Assembly (NCBI GenBank): GCA_009103225.1
Contig: RHPI01002990.1
Location: 171,034 to 235,033, forward strand
Reading direction: 5' to 3'
Origin: Chlorokybus atmophyticus
Lineage: Eukaryota; Plantae; Mesostigma and Chlorokybus algae
Length of the DNA stretch: 64,000 bases
In this document: piece after piece, positions 22,450-37,040 of the stretch
Position numbering within the stretch: position 1 is the stretch's first letter
How the letters are laid out: each line of letters begins with the position of its first letter
Notes under the pieces: generated by a model
The model's input: the letters and a program-made list of their open reading frames with translations, nothing else
Database searches by the model: none
Told to the model about the DNA's origin: nothing
Position numbers and translations under genes: made by a program

Positions 22450-23653
22450 GGCCCAGCCTAGCCTGGCCTGGCCTGGTCTGGGAGAAGGCAGTAACGTTAG
22501 GCGGAGGCCATTTTGACATAGATCAACGTTCGGTTTGATCGACTGCTAACGTGGCATGCGCGCGGGCGAATGAGCGGGCGCCATGCCAGCGCTGATAGGC
22601 TCAATACCACGTCTAGACCATGTCATACTCAAGCAAGAATGAATGTGCCATTAAGGAGCCAGCCAAGCGATGTTAGGGCTTCCAAAGGCGGCTCCGTGTA
22701 GCAAAAGTAACTCATGACAATTACAATGGGTTGTTAGAGTTCTGTCCAGCCAGCAATCAAGTGGGTTTCGTTATCCGTGTCATTGAGATCCTCATGTGGC
22801 GCTTGGTCACGTGACTCTGACGGTCAGACTCTCAGTGCCCCGGTGCGCGGTCGCCCTGCCGCGAGCAGCGTGCGACACGTCCTCTGAGAGGGGGTTGCGC
22901 GACATTATTGGTATGTTGACTGATATTTTTTATTACTGCGTTTGTGTGTTGAGTGCGCTGGTGATGGGTCATACGTACAACACAGTCTCTGCTCCTGCCG
23001 TTTCAAGAGTTGTACGAACAAAAAGAAATGGTGGACCACTCCTGAGTTAGCCATGTCTCTCCCCTTTGCTCAGTGTTGGCTACTCTCCACTCTACTCTGA
23101 CTAGTCTCTCAGGCCAGCTGTAGTGTGCGCCCATACACACATTGACACCACCACCATCACCCACATCACCACCAGCACACTACCAGAGTTACCAACAAGG
23201 CGGGTTTGGATGGTGACTGGATTGACTTGCCTCAGATGGTGCAAGTGAGTGAACTTCTGCAAGTGCAACAGCTACACTGTCTGTTGAGGTCAACAGTCTG
23301 GCTGCTGATTGCACTGGACACTGTTGTGCTGCTGCAGGCTAAGAACCTGTCATCGCACCTCCTTGTTATCAGAATGAACACCTGTGCCTTTCACTTGTCG
23401 TGGTCAACTGCGTGAAGGGTCATATGCGTGTGTTGTGCTCCCAACAGAAGGGTCCTCACCCACTGAGTAGAGGGTGCGAGCATGGCACGCGGACGTGGAC
23501 AAGCGTGGTTGATGAGACGGATGACACAGGCCAGTGCCGGGCGGGACGGTTGGTGGACGCATAGATAGGGTTTGTTACACTTCAGGCAAGAGGAGGGTTT
23601 GACTGGGGCGATAGAGTGGTATTGTGAATTACATATACACATACACGCGTGTG

Positions 23654-23983
23654 ATGGCGGACCGCGGCCGTGTTGCTTCCCTTACCCACTCCAACCGCAT
23701 CTGCTACGAGCGTTGGGTCGGTCACTGCCAGCAGGGTCACCGTGACAGGTTGCGTGCCATTCTACCCATGATCGACACGAGCGCGCCGGACAGCATGGCG
23801 ACGCTGGGGAAACTGGATGCAAAACGCCAGCAGGCGGAGACGCTGCGCGCGAAACAGATTGATAGAGAGAACAGAATGCTACTGGACAAGATGGCAAGGA
23901 TTATGCACGCAAGAGCACAACCACTACCCTCACCCGCACCATTCAGGCAAGTTGTCACAACTCTTAAGCGCACACGGACGCCA

Positions 23984-24026
<43 letters not shown>

Positions 24027-24765
24027 CACTCATACCCACACAGCTGCGCGCGCAGGCACAGACGCTTGCACACAGTGTGGCACGCACGCACGCTTGCGCA
24101 TATTTGCACGTGTGCAGACACACGTGCACGCACACGCACGCGCACACGCAAGTGTATATGCACGTACAAACTCACAGACACTCATACACGAGCACACCAT
24201 CCCGCATATTCGCAAGCACGCACGTGTGCGCTCATAACGACACCCAATCCAACAAAGCATACACACATGCAGGTCCGACCTTGCTCCTCCTGCCCCTCCC
24301 TTATCCGCCTACGCCCCTTCCGGTCCCTCCTCCGCGCCCTCCTCCACCTCTCTCAACCGCACCCGTCGCGTCCGCGAGCTCCGTCGCATCGAGGCCGACA
24401 ACCGCTCCATGCTCGCGCGCATCCAGGCCAGCGAGGCCGTGTACTCCAACGCCAAGTGGGAGCAGGAGGCCAAGCAGGAGGCGAGGTATCTTGATAACTT
24501 ACAAAGGGAGACGCGCCTGCGGTTCAAGAAGACATACAATAGTAGTAGTAAGAACAGAAGTGATCGCTTGCCCCCGATACACAATGGAGGCGTGTCGCAT
24601 AGGATGGCGGATAATGGTGAGGGTGATGAGGATGGAGGTTATGGTGATGATGGTGGTGAAGAGGGTGAACAGAACATGGCTGCTGTGCAGCTGGGTGGTG
24701 GGGAGAATGATGGTGCAGGGATGGATGCGGATGTGCCGGTGGCGAGGGTGCTTGATGAGCAATAG
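23654..24765 (+). CDS. CFAP97/KIAA1430-domain (cilia-associated) protein; 2 exons, 261 aa
   Basis: HRDRLRAILPMIDTSAP...QIDRENRMLLDKMARIM and SLNRTRRVRELRRIEADNRSMLARI..SEAVYSNAKW. Exons 23654-23946 and 24273-24765 total 786 nt. Confidence 0.8.
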
Positions 24766-25601
24766 TAGTGGGTGTTGGCTGGTGTAGGTTTCTGTTGCGT
24801 TGGTTTAGTGGGTATAATTGGCTTACTACGTCCAGTGGTTTGTAAGGAATTGATTGTTACTGGATTAGTGTACTCCTAGAGTATATCTGTATTGATTCAG
24901 TGCTAGTGCATATGACTTGGCAGTAGCAGAGCATAAGCACAAGCGAAGACATCATACCCTTCTTTGACAAGTGCAATTGCTAGGTGTCTTGACTACATAT
25001 GCAAGGACTGGGTACATCTGTTTTGTTGTGGCCTTGTATGTTTGCTTGAATAACATCACACACTTCACTGACAAGTATGGTTGCTAGGAATATCAGGTGC
25101 ACCTATCTCATTGTTGCTTTGTGTGCTTGCGCACAAGGCAGCATGCCTTGTACAGTTGGCATAACAGTCCGACCGAGTTTTAGCGACATGTCTACTCCCT
25201 ACATGTTCCCGTCTGTTTCCGCAATGCAAGACGTGCTAACACAATGAAGTTGCATCACACGATGCCATCTCACGCCATGTGATGTGGTACCAATCATAAC
25301 TTGCATGGATTGCGTACCACTATGCTTGGCAAAACAGTTGCATACACCCTTTAGGCATGCCGGCATACACCTATTGATTGCGGGAGGGCATTGCATGTGC
25401 GCAAACATTCCAGTCGCGCAGCAACATTTCAGTCACAATGTTGCAGTGTCTAGTACAGCGCCTTAATCAGCGTGCATCAGTGTTCACAGCCTCTTCGACT
25501 GTCAACAGCCTAGGCACGCACTAATGCAACCTCCGACTACAAAACCATAATGTTATCATGTACATGCGTTTATACTACTGGTCAATGATCGCGCGCACAA
25601 C

Positions 25602-28600
25602 TCAGGCTGCCTGGACTTGCTCACCTACTTGACTGGCATTGTCTCTGCTGTTTTGCTTTGATGCGCCAGTGGCGTTGTTGGCAGCAGAAAACCCTATCAT
25701 TTTGTTAAGAGCACTCACATACGCGCGGGCGCTAGCAACAACAATATCTGGTGATGCACCGCTTCCACTGCAACCAGAATACACCATCAGCCCATACTCA
25801 TGCACACTACGGACATACAAACAACCTGTCAGACTTGACAGATTCAACCATAAGCATACCTGAAAGACCGCTGCACAGCCACCCCAGTTTGTGCATGCGT
25901 TGACATTGTGGCAGCGTCATCAGCACTTCGGATCAACACACGTGTATGTGCCAGAGCATCCATGCCCTCCGTCACGGCGTTCATGCTGTACTCCAAGAGC
26001 TTCGTCTCAATCTAAAGGATAACAATGTTGGCAAAAGAATGCACCACCAGCATCATCAGAGCTTGATATGCGAACAGGTCTGGGCTTACATTGACAATGG
26101 CATCGATGGCTTTGTATGCTGCGTCAACAGGCCCCGTGCCAACCACAGAGTGCACGCGCTCCAAGCCATCTGGTCCCTGCAGCTTCACGGTGGCGGTGGG
26201 CAAGCCCATCGTTCCACATACAACCTGTGCAGAGAAAGGGATATGAGCACATGAGCGCATGACCGCATGCATGCTGTATTGATTACTGACTAGCTAAGCA
26301 TACCTGCAAGTCGGCCAGATGCCACAGCTCTTGGGGCTGGAAGACCTGGTCCGATACCAGAGCCTCCAAATCATCGTCAGTGACAATCTGATACAGGCAG
26401 TGGACACATTTATCAGTCACTGCATCCAAAAGCAGCGACTATTCCGCTTCTCTGCAACACTCACCTTCTTCTTCTCAGCCACCTCCTTAAAGCGCACAAA
26501 CACGTCATCGACCTCCGCCTGCGTGAGGTCGTAACCCAGCTGTTGCAAGCGGTTTCTGAGCGCGTGGCGGCCGCTGTGCTTGCCCATCACCAAGCCGGCA
26601 TCGTCGGTGCGCACCAAACCGATGTCGTCGGGGGACATGATCTCATAAGTCGACTTGTTCTTCAACATGCCATCCTGTTAGACACAGAAGAGTTGGTAAT
26701 GTGATATAAGGGAAACCTTAGCATCAACATGATGACATACACACGTTGTTGAATATACCTGATGGATGCCACTCTCGTGCGCAAAAGCGTTGGCACCAAC
26801 AATAGCCTTATGCGGTTGACACAACATGCCAGTGTATTCTGTAACCTGCAAGCAAGCAGTACTTGTAATGTACTGTTATCATCCGTGCTTGGCAGTAAGT
26901 GAAAGGGCAGCATGCAGTACCATCCTCGACGCCAGCGCAATGTGCTTTGTAACTACTCCAGTGTACAACCCGTTGAACTGCGTTTCACCTCTGCACCTGA
27001 GAGCCATGACCACCTGCGGTCGCCAAACGAGGTTGATGCCATCCAACACACCATCACACACAACAAACATAAAACCTGCATGTGCATTCTTGCTCACCTC
27101 TTCCAAAGAGGCATTGCCTGCTCGCTCTCCAATGCCATTCACTGTGCACTCCAACTGCCTAGCACCAGAGGCTGCTCCCTGCAAGTTGACAGTGTGATAA
27201 CAGAGACAAATCACATGCAACACTGCATGCATGCTACCAGCCAATCATACACAAGAGACTGTGACCGATCAAACAAACATACCGCCAGTGTGTTGGCGGT
27301 TGCGAGGCCCAGATCGTTTTGACAATGCGTCGAAATGACGACATTCTCAGCGCCTGGAGTGTTTGCTTTAATGCCAGCTATAAGTGCACCAAACTCGGAA
27401 GGCATGGTGTAACCGACGGTGTCAGGAATGTTCAGTGTGGTAGCACCAGCTTTGATAACCTGCAGCGTGAATCACATGTTGTAGCATGTACCTTAGCATT
27501 TCTCAACAAGCTTGATATGGAATGCTCTAAGCAAAGGCCAACAAGAGATAGTGTCCTGTAGGACAAGCCAAAACTTCACCTCTCCCAAGATCCGGTACAA
27601 GAAAATGGGGTCTGATCGGCCAGCATCCTCGGGGCTGAACTCAATGTCCTCACACCCCAGACTGCGAGCATACGCGACCATCGAGCGCGCTTTTTCAACC
27701 ACTTGGTCAGGGGTCATGTTGAGCTTATGCTGCAAGACAGAGACAATGCTTGGCAGGTGATGAGAAGCTACTACTGAATAACTGCTATGCAAGTTGCTTT
27801 ACATCACGAGCAACTGCATGATATGGTGCACATAGATTGGCTATGCGGCTAATTGGTACCTGCATGTGAATCTCGGAGGTTGCAATAAACACGTGAATGC
27901 GAGGTCGCAGCGCATGCCGCACAGCCTCCCAAGAAGCATCAATGTCCTTCTTGTTGCAACGCGCCAACCCACAAATGACGGGCACATACCCATGCTCATC
28001 AACTTTATTACCTGATCCACACAGGATGAACGCCATTCATCAACGCACACCACATAAGAACTCACAACATGCAACAGCTTGATGACTTGTGTATGAATGT
28101 GCAGTATTGAGATGCACTTACCAACGTCCATAGCGATGGTGCGGACAGCTTCAAGATCATCGGGTGAGGCAATGGGGAAGCCTGCCTCAATGATGTCGAC
28201 GCCGAGCTTGGCCAGCTGGCGTGCGATGGCGAGCTTCTCCTTTGATGTGAGGGTGGCGCCTGGGCTCTGCTCTCCGTCCCGCAGCGTGGTGTCAAATATG
28301 CGCACGTAGTTGGGGTCGTCTATCCTGTTGGGGACGTACTTGGGCCTGCGGGCGCCAATGCCAGCGGAATCTGTGGCCATGACCACGACTTGCGCACCCC
28401 GCTGCTGCTGCTGCTGCTGCCGGCCAGCGACAAAGCGAGCCGCATGACGACCGCGTGGCAGCTCCACGGCACGCCATGACGACGACACGGCCTGCTGCTG
28501 CTGCCTCCCCAGCCCAGCATGCTGCCGCACCGCAGCTGGAGCAGCGTGCACGGCTGACGTGGAAGCCACCGCCGCCACAGCACGCACAGCTGACGCAGCC

Positions 28601-28614
28601 CCTACGCCCTCCAT
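25602..28614 (-). CDS. leuA: 2-isopropylmalate synthase, chloroplastic, with C-terminal regulatory domain; multi-exon
   Basis: [130 protein letters not shown]. Confidence 0.97.
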
Positions 28615-28707
28615 GGTCGAGTGTCCACACAGCCCCAGGCTGACACCGCGCACGCCGCCGACGACACCACCCACCCCGTCGCCGCCGCCCGCTATAACCT
28701 AATTACA

Positions 28708-28729
28708 AACCGGTTCTGACGAACCGGTT
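28708..28729. promoter_or_regulatory. Tandem AACCGGTT palindromes in the leuA / NT-C2 divergent promoter
   Basis: aaccggtt at 28708-28715 and 28722-28729, 14 bp apart, next to a TATA-like ctataa. Confidence 0.35.
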
Positions 28730-29033
28730 GACTGCCAGAGTTGAATGACGTCACACTCGACCCGGTGTGGCGTTTGGCAGCGCCGTACATGACGCCCGCT
28801 TTGTCACGTGAGCAGCGGCGTACAAGACACGTTGCTTGTTATGGTGAGTGGGTGTTTGTGTTCGGGAGTATTTTTGGTGGCTATTTTGACCCCCTAGTGA
28901 TGGAACGTAACGCAGGCATGCTAGGCGGCGGCGGTGGCGGCGGAGCCGCTGCGTGCTGACACGTGGATCAAGGGCAGAGCGGTTGCTGATACCCCCAGGA
29001 GGAGCGGTGGCGGCTGCAAACGCGCCAGCCAAG

Positions 29034-29339
29034 ATGTTCAAGAAGGGCGTGCAGGCGCTGAAGCGCAAGGCGCAGGGCAAGAAGCCCACGCCTTATGTCT
29101 TCGAGTTCCAGCTCTACGTATCCAAGGTGAATGGTTGAACTCTGCTGATGCAAATCCGAGGATATCTCTGTGTCATAGTCACAGAGTGCAACATCAGCTG
29201 CATCACACACGAGCAGATCTAAGCTCACACTGTGGGATGCAACCCACGCGAAAACGCACATATCAACAAGCACGCACTCACAGACACACGCGCGCGCGTG
29301 TGTGTAATCGACTGCTAGATTGTGTGCGTGGTCTCTCTC

Positions 29340-29383
<44 letters not shown>

Positions 29384-32300
29384 GTTTGCACACTCACGCA
29401 CACACCTGTATACCTTACAAATCTCACCTACCAGTTGTATACTTCGCAATTTTTACCTGCCAATCCTCCCCATCTAACCCCTCCCCTCCCCTCTGCCCAG
29501 GTCCCTTCCGACCCCTCTTTCTCCTCCGCCCGCGTGACCGCTTCCCGTCCCGGTTCCAACCACTCCTCCCTTTCCTTCTCTTCCCGTGACGCCTTAATCA
29601 AGCCCAATGGCACCGCTACTTTCTCCGAGCCCCTCACCGCTCGCTTCACGCTGTACGGTGATGGGAATGGGAGTAAGGAGAGGAAGAGGTGGGACCAGAA
29701 ACTTGTGCATCTACATGTGCATGCCGGAGTGGGCAAGGAGACGAGCAGGGTCATGGGGTTTGTGATTGTCAATGTCGCGGACTTTGCCAATGCGGAGAAG
29801 GGGAATGCGGTGGAGAGGGCGATGCCGCTGCTGGCGTGCAAACATGGCACCAAGCTACATGTGAGTGTGGTGGTGTGATTTGATGTCGTTGTTATTGTTG
29901 TGGGGTGGTACATGTCGTTGATGTTGCTGGGTGATGTGTTGGCAGTTCCTTGTGACTGCGCATCCTGCTGCAGAGACTGGAGGGTAAGTGATGTTATCTA
30001 TTGCATCACATGATGCACGACATTGCCTTGTTGATGACGGCCTTGTCAAATGGCTTGTTGCATAGTGTTGTACCATCCATCTGATTCTTTCATTCTCTCT
30101 CAGCGAGCACGCCAACAGCGTTGAGTCAGAGGAGATCATGCTGGACGATGACGAAGAAGAAGACAACAACAAATCCCACAACAGAAACAACAACGACACC
30201 GCCCGCAGCACCCGCAAGCCCAAGAAGGTACCACACACACGCACACGCACACACTCTTGCACACCCACTCCCACACGCCCACCCACCCACATTACACACA
30301 GGCTCGCAGCAACGGCAGTGGCATGACAGCCCTCTCACCCGTGAGTCAAAAATCCGCTCCCGGCGACGAGTCCCCACCCGAATCCCCACTCACCAAGAAG
30401 AACTCTTTCACCGAGCGTGCTGCTTCATTCACCACCTCCGCCTCCTCCTCATCCTTCACCCACAAGCAGAAGACCATGAACACCAACAACAACACCAACA
30501 ACACTGCCCCACTCTCGTCCAAAGAGAGCTTCACCGTCACGCGCAACGCTGTGTTTGTGGAAGACTCGGATGGGGAAGATGAGATCACGCCCATGCCTTT
30601 GGGTAGAGTGAGTGATGAGAGTCATGTTGGTGTGGATGGTGTGGATGACAAGAAGAGAGAGGAGCTGTTTCAGAGAGAAAAAATTTTTGCTGAGGGAGGG
30701 GGGTCAGAGCTAGCATCAACATCAGCAGGAGGAGCAACTTCATCTTCAGTAGCATCGTCATCAGCGTCGAGTGAGCAAGTCAAGGCACTTGAGCAGAAGG
30801 TCAAAGAGCAGGAGAGTGTCATTGATAAGCTCAAGGAGGAGATGAAGGCCAAGCGCACAGCACACCCAGAAAGTGAGTACAAGTGTCGTGCATATTGTTG
30901 TGGCAATGTTGTTTGAAAGCGGGTACTGACGGTGTGTGGTTGTTGAAATGTTAGCTGCGGAGGTCCTTGAAGACAAGGCGCTGCTAGAGAGGGAGTACGC
31001 GCAGCTGGCGGCCGAGAACAACGACCTCCAGCGCCAGCTGGAAAGATACCAGGCACGCGTGCGTGTGCGTGTGGATGCGTCCATCACGTAGTACATATAG
31101 CACACCAAGTGCACTTGTACACCCTACATGATTGTGCGAAATTAAGTTGCTTCGTGTGTGCAGCGTGGTGAGAAGATGACTCCCACGCCGCCTCCAGTCT
31201 TGCATCACCAGCAGGCTCAGCAGGCATTGAACGAGAAGGAGGCTCTCGAGGACAAGGTGGCGGAGCTGGAGGGCAGGCAGACCGAGCTGCTGGAGGAAGT
31301 CGCCCGACTCAAACACGTAAGGGGACATGCGCACGTGTACACGCATGCAGCAGTGGAGCAGATGCGTGATGGAGGTGTGTCTTTGAGCAGGACTGTGATT
31401 GGCTTACGGAGAAGCGCGAGGAGATTCAGAGGCAGCTGGCGGAGAAAGAGGAGGTGGAAGAGCGATTGGCTCAAACACAACGTGACCTCCACATGCTTGA
31501 GTCAGGCGAGTCACAAGCACACACACGCACTCACAGTCAAACACACACAGCAAATCGTGGTCATAACGCTGGACATCTCATCTGGCTGCTGACTTGTGTC
31601 CTGTCACTGATGTGTGACTCCTCTCCTGCCAGGCGAGCTTGACCTCGACTCCCACCTCCACTCCCGCCTCTCCCTCCTCGAGTCCGAGAACGCCAAGCTC
31701 AAGTCTCGCGTGTCCGAGTACGCCTCCAAGGACGCCGCCACCACCGGGGGCTTCAAGTCCCGCCGATCGTCCTTCCTTGGCAACGTGACCATGGGGTCGC
31801 AGATGGAAGGGGCAGGAGGGGATGAGGCTGGGAAGACCATTGCGCAGTTGAGGGAGGAGTTGAGGAAGGTGACGGTGCAACGAGATGCCGCATTGCAACA
31901 AGTGAGAGACTGTGTGATGGCTAGTATCTGAGTATCGGATCTGCGTGTGCATGTGCGTGGGCTTGTGAATGCTCGTATAAACACGTGTGCGAGCGTGTCA
32001 GTATGTGTACGTGTAAACTACTACTAACACTAGCTCCTCTCTGTGGCAGATCAACCAGGACAACATGACCGTAAAGGCTCGTGTCGCCTTGATCGACAGC
32101 GGTTTAGCCGGCGATCATCAGCGCACCATCTCCTCCAACAGCCACCGCGCAGCTAGCCGCAACTCCGCCCTTCCTTCCCCCTCCATTCTCCCCCCCTCCG
32201 ACATTAACACCATGGACGAGGAGCTCGCGCGTGCCAGGGAGGAGGCGGATGACCTCCGCAAGCAGGTGGCCGCCATGCAGCATGTGGCGGTCGAGGAGGA

Positions 32301-35300
32301 TGCCAAATATAAGGAGCTGGAGGCTGTGGTGGAGATGCTGCAGACGAGGAATGCCAAGCTGGAGGAAGAGGCGGTACACCTCATGCTGGAGAATGGACGA
32401 CTCAACGCTATGCCCATACGAGAAGGCAATGCTGATGTTATTGCCATCAACAACAACAATAACAAGAGCAGCATCAGCCACAATGGCAACGGCGTTGAGG
32501 TGGACTCCTCGGGCTACAGCTCAGACGAGGACACCAACCACCACCACAACCACCACAACCATGACAATGACGATGACAAGTACAATGCTTTCCACAGCGA
32601 GTCCGCGGGCTCACTCTCTTCCACAATGACTGCATCAACCATCTCTCTGTCCGCATCCGCATCGGCATCGACAACATCCACGCCAACGAAGCGCGGGTTG
32701 AAGGTCAACCCCAAGGAGCGCCCCGCATGGGTGGGTCTGCAGAAGACACGCGTGGCACGACAGAACAGCGGGAAGAACAGCAAGCAGAGCTCACCACGCA
32801 AAAATGGAGGCGAAGGAGGAGAAGGAGGAGAGTCCAACACTCCCAATAGGACTCCACGCAGCGTGCGTGTGAACAGAGCTTTCGGTAGTAAGAAGGCGGC
32901 TACTACGACTACTACTACTACCACTGCTGAAGTGATGCAGTTGGAGGAGCAGATAGCTGCGCTGCGTGTGGAGAAGGAGAGGCTTGAGGAGGAGGTGGCG
33001 GGGCTGCAGGAGGTGCGAACCATGCGAACGGAGTCGATACGGGTGCGCCAGGAAGAAGAGGCGGCACTGCAGGAGCAACAGAGCCAGACACTGAGCGCAC
33101 TTGAAGCCCAGATCTTCACCCTGCAAGTGAGTAATAGGTTATCACACGCACGCACATGCACACACACACTTACATGCGCGTGTTGGTGTACGCACCCACG
33201 CCCACGCCCACGCACACACACGCACACAAACCCACCCACCCACCCACTCCTTCAATCCACCCACCCTTTGCTGTTCCCCCCTCCCCAGTCTGAGCTCGCC
33301 ACGATGCGTCTTGAGGCCGCCCAGGTCGTGGAGGACGCGTCCGCGCTGCGCGGCGCCAACGCCTTCCTGGAGGAGAGGCTGGCGGCGGCCGAGCGACGGT
33401 GTGAGGAGATGGAGGTGGAGAGACTCGAGGCGGAGAACGAACGGGTCGCGGCCAACATGATGCAGAGGAATAGTAGCAAGGTGGGTTGGAGTGTTGTGTC
33501 GAGTGCGTGTGCGTGTGCGTGTGCGTGTGCGTGTGTATCTGTATCTGTATCTCTATCTGCGTAAATGTGTGTGTATGTGTGATTGTATTGGAATGTGTCA
33601 TGTGAAAGTGTATGTGTGATTGTGTCTAGTTGTAGACGAAGTGAGGGTAGAAGGTGGGGAGGGAGGGGGTCTTGGTGAGAGAGTGCCGTGTGTTTACCCC
33701 CTCCCTCCCCCGGACAGGCTGTTGAGGATCAACTGGAGGTCACCCGCAAGGCCCTCGTCGACAGCGAAGCCAGACTCACTGAACTCCAGCAGTCCCTACC
33801 AGTCCCACCAGAGCCCCAATCTGCCGACAGGTCCTGGAACCAACCGGCAGACGAGGAGCGGGAACGGGAGTTGAGTGATAGAGAGCGTGCGCTCGCAGAG
33901 AAGCAACAACTGTTGTTGGATTCAGAAGAGTTCCTTACAGCCAAAGAGACTGCTTTGGACCAGAGAGAGCTCAAAGTGAAAGAGTTTGAAAGCTTACTTT
34001 CTGTGAGGGAGGCTCACCTGGCCGAACGTGCAAGGGATGCGGCCTCCAACACGGACGCCCTCGCCGCCGAGCTCGAGGACCTTCGTGCGAAGCTTGCCAA
34101 CGTCGAGAGCATCCTCGCTCGTCTACGTGACGACTACGCCGATGTTGAGGCCCAGCGCGACGCCCTCGTCCTGGACAACGAGCAGGCCCTCGCTGAGAAG
34201 TTTCGCCTGGAGTCGGACCTGGAAAAGGTCAAGGACCAGGTCGCGGAGAAGGACTCACAGATTGAGGACATGAAGCTGGGCGTGGCGCAGAGCAGGAAGT
34301 CCCACACTGAGCTTGAGGTCCTGAAGACGGAGTTGGCGTTGGCAAAGGATGAGAATAGCCGGCTGAGGGATGCGCAGACTAGTCAGCAGGAGCACCTGGC
34401 GGATGCAAAGACGAAGCTTATGGAGCTGAGGGATGAGATTGATGCTCTTGCTGAGGAGAATGCGCGCTTGCGTGACGCGCAATTGGAAGAGGTTGCTGCT
34501 GCTATGCTTGAGAACGCCCAGCTGAAGGATGCGCATGCACAGTCCCAAATAGAGTCCGAATCCCTGCAAGAAAGCCTTGCTCGGTCTCAGATTGAGCATC
34601 AGACTGCCCTGGAGCGAGTTCGGGACTTGGAACTGGCGCAGGAACAGAGTCAGCTCAAGCAGCTCAAGCAGAGTGAACAGTCCCAAGTGGAGTTCGAGAC
34701 TCTGCAAGAGAGCTTCGCCCAGTCCCAGATGGAGCTTCAGGCTGCCCTGACCCGTGTCCGGGACCTGGAACAGCAGGTTCAGGACTTGGAAGGGCCCAAT
34801 GCGCAGCTGCAAGAGAGCCTTAGCCAGTCCCAGATGGAGCTCCAGGCTTCTCTGGACCAGGTTAAGGATCTGGAGGAGGTCAATGAGCAGCTGCAGATGC
34901 AAGCGCAAGAGCGGTCCCGCATGGAGTTGGAATCGGAGACCCTCCTGAGCCAGGTCCAGGACCTGCAGGACGCCAACGCATTGCTTAGCGCCCAGCTGGC
35001 AGGCTTCCAAACCCTGCAGCAGGCTCAAGCTCAGTCCCAGACGGAGCTCAAAACCCAGACAAACCGCATCCGGGACCTGGAGCAGGCCAACGCTCACCTC
35101 GCAGCCGAGCTGGAAGCCGCCAAGTCCCAAACGCAGGACCAAACACTGTCCCAAACAGAGCTCGCAGCCGCACAGAACCGGGTCCGGGACCTCCAGGAAG
35201 CCAACACAACACTCGCATCCCAACTTGAAGCCTTCAAAGCAGTCTCACGCAGCGTCGCGGACGTTTTCAACTCAGCGGGTCCGTCGAGATCAACCAGCCG

Positions 35301-37040
35301 GCCGATATCACTCCTGGATGATGACGATTTCGGCTTCCTCGGCCCTCCTGATGGCACAGACTTTAGTAACACCAACAACACCAACAACAACAAGGGCTCC
35401 AGTCCTGACGAGCTTGCCTCAGCCATAGATAAGCTCCACTCCAAGCTTGAGTCACTCCCTGCGTTGGAATCAGAGCTCGCGTGGACACGCGGCGAACTGC
35501 TTGAGAAAGACACACTGTTAGCTGAGGTTGATAGATACAACACAAAGGGGAAGGGGGAAAGAGAGGGAGAGATACATAGTGTCTATGCGTGTGCGTGTGT
35601 GTGTATACCACCATGTGCATGTTGGTCTAATGCTTTTACCTTACTCGCAGGCGCAGAGTGCTTCCAACACGACACAACAAGAGGTTGCCAAGTTGAGAAG
35701 CTCCAACGCAAGGATGGAGCAGCAACTTCAGGAGTTATTACTCTCCCAGTCACAACAACAATCCCATGCACATGCGGCTGCCGAGCTCGAAGACGAGCTC
35801 GAGAGCGTGAGAAGGGAGGCGCAGGAGCAAAGAGAGGCCGCCGAGCACGAGAAGGATGAGAAGGATATTCTCAACAACCAGCTGCGTGCCGCCGAGGAGG
35901 AGCTCGCCAACCTCCGTGCGCAGGAGAAGGCACGCGCCCTTGCCGGATTGAACGAACCACACGCTCATGTGATGACACACGTCATTGCCGCACCCGCCAT
36001 CATCGACTTCAACGAGGATGAGGTAGGAATGGTGTTGGGAGTGCTGTGTTATACGTGAATTATGAGAGTGGGTACTGACTCTGTGTTTGTCAAGCAGAGC
36101 CACCTTGCGCGTGGCAAGTCCAACATAGCTGAGCACGACTGGGAGGACTTGCAGGAGCGTGTGGGTGACTTGGAGCGTCAGCTCGAGGCCGAGCGCGCCC
36201 ACGCCAAGCGTGCGGAGCAGGAGGCGGAGGAGCTGGAGGACGAGGCCGAGCGCCTGCGCGGGGAGAACCAACAGCTTGCTCTTATGGCAGGAAGCAGCAA
36301 ACCCGCAAATAACAACAAAAATCTCATTGAAGAGAGAGAGGCGGAGGTCCGAGCCCTGCAGGGACAACTTGTGAGCATCAAACAACAACAACAAGCCAAG
36401 TCACAAGAACTGGAGGTAAGAGAGATACAAGCACAGCAATAACAATGACAACATTGGCAATAACAACTTGTTGTGCAGGTGTTGTTGGCTGACTTCCAGG
36501 AGTTAGAGAGGACTTGCGAGGACTTGAGGCGTGAGAACGACGAGTTGAGTGTGGTTCAGGAGGACGCGAGGAGGCAGCAAGACCAACAACAACAGGAACA
36601 ACAACAACCACCACCACAGCTGCCGCGGCAGGCTTCGGGGCTCACTCCAGAGATTGAAGCCGAGCTTGCAAGCCTGCGCGATCGCTATGCCGAGATGAGC
36701 CTCAGATACGCCGAATGTGAGGCAGAGAAGGAAGAACTAGCCATGAAACTGCAGAAGAGCAAGAAACTGCTCAATGAAAAGCTGGTGAGTTGGGTGGGTA
36801 TGTTGTTGTTGTTGTGTCGGGTGAGTCGAGTGCCAACATGTTTGTCATTGCCAGGCGGCGGAGAAGGCCAGGGAGGAGGAGTTGGCGGCGCGGCCGAAGA
36901 CGAAGGAGGAGGAAAAACGCGAGAAGGAGCGCAAGGAGAAAGAGCGCAAGGAGAAGGAGAAGGAGGACAAGATCAAGGCCAAGATGGCGCAGAAACAGGC
37001 CAGCGGCTCGAGTAAACAGTCAATGGTCAAGGGTTTGTGA
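29034..37040 (+). CDS. NT-type C2 (EEIG1/EHBP1) domain + very long coiled-coil protein (plant myosin-heavy-chain-related family); multi-exon
   Basis: N-terminal MFKKG...YVFEFQLYVSK|...GTATFSEPLTARFTLY...MGFVIVNVADFA...MPLLACKHGTKLH; extended heptad E/Q/L/A-rich exons; C-terminal LASLRDRYAEMSLRYAECEAEKEELAMKL resembling the plant motif RYSEISLRFAEVE. Confidence 0.85.
34530..35230 (+). repeat. Degenerate in-frame coding repeats (about 30-40 aa) within the coiled-coil exon
   Basis: Recurring AQSQ(M/T/I)EL....(R/Q)V(R/Q)DLE(Q/E)ANA.L units; recurring nucleotide strings cagtcccagatggagct and cgggacctgga. Confidence 0.75.

Noticed and set aside
22790-23480. Splice-like signals (GTATG, GTGAGT, ...CAG) upstream of the CFAP97-domain gene
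   Set aside because: No phase-consistent ORF could be assembled; may be 5' UTR introns or noncoding RNA, but unsupported
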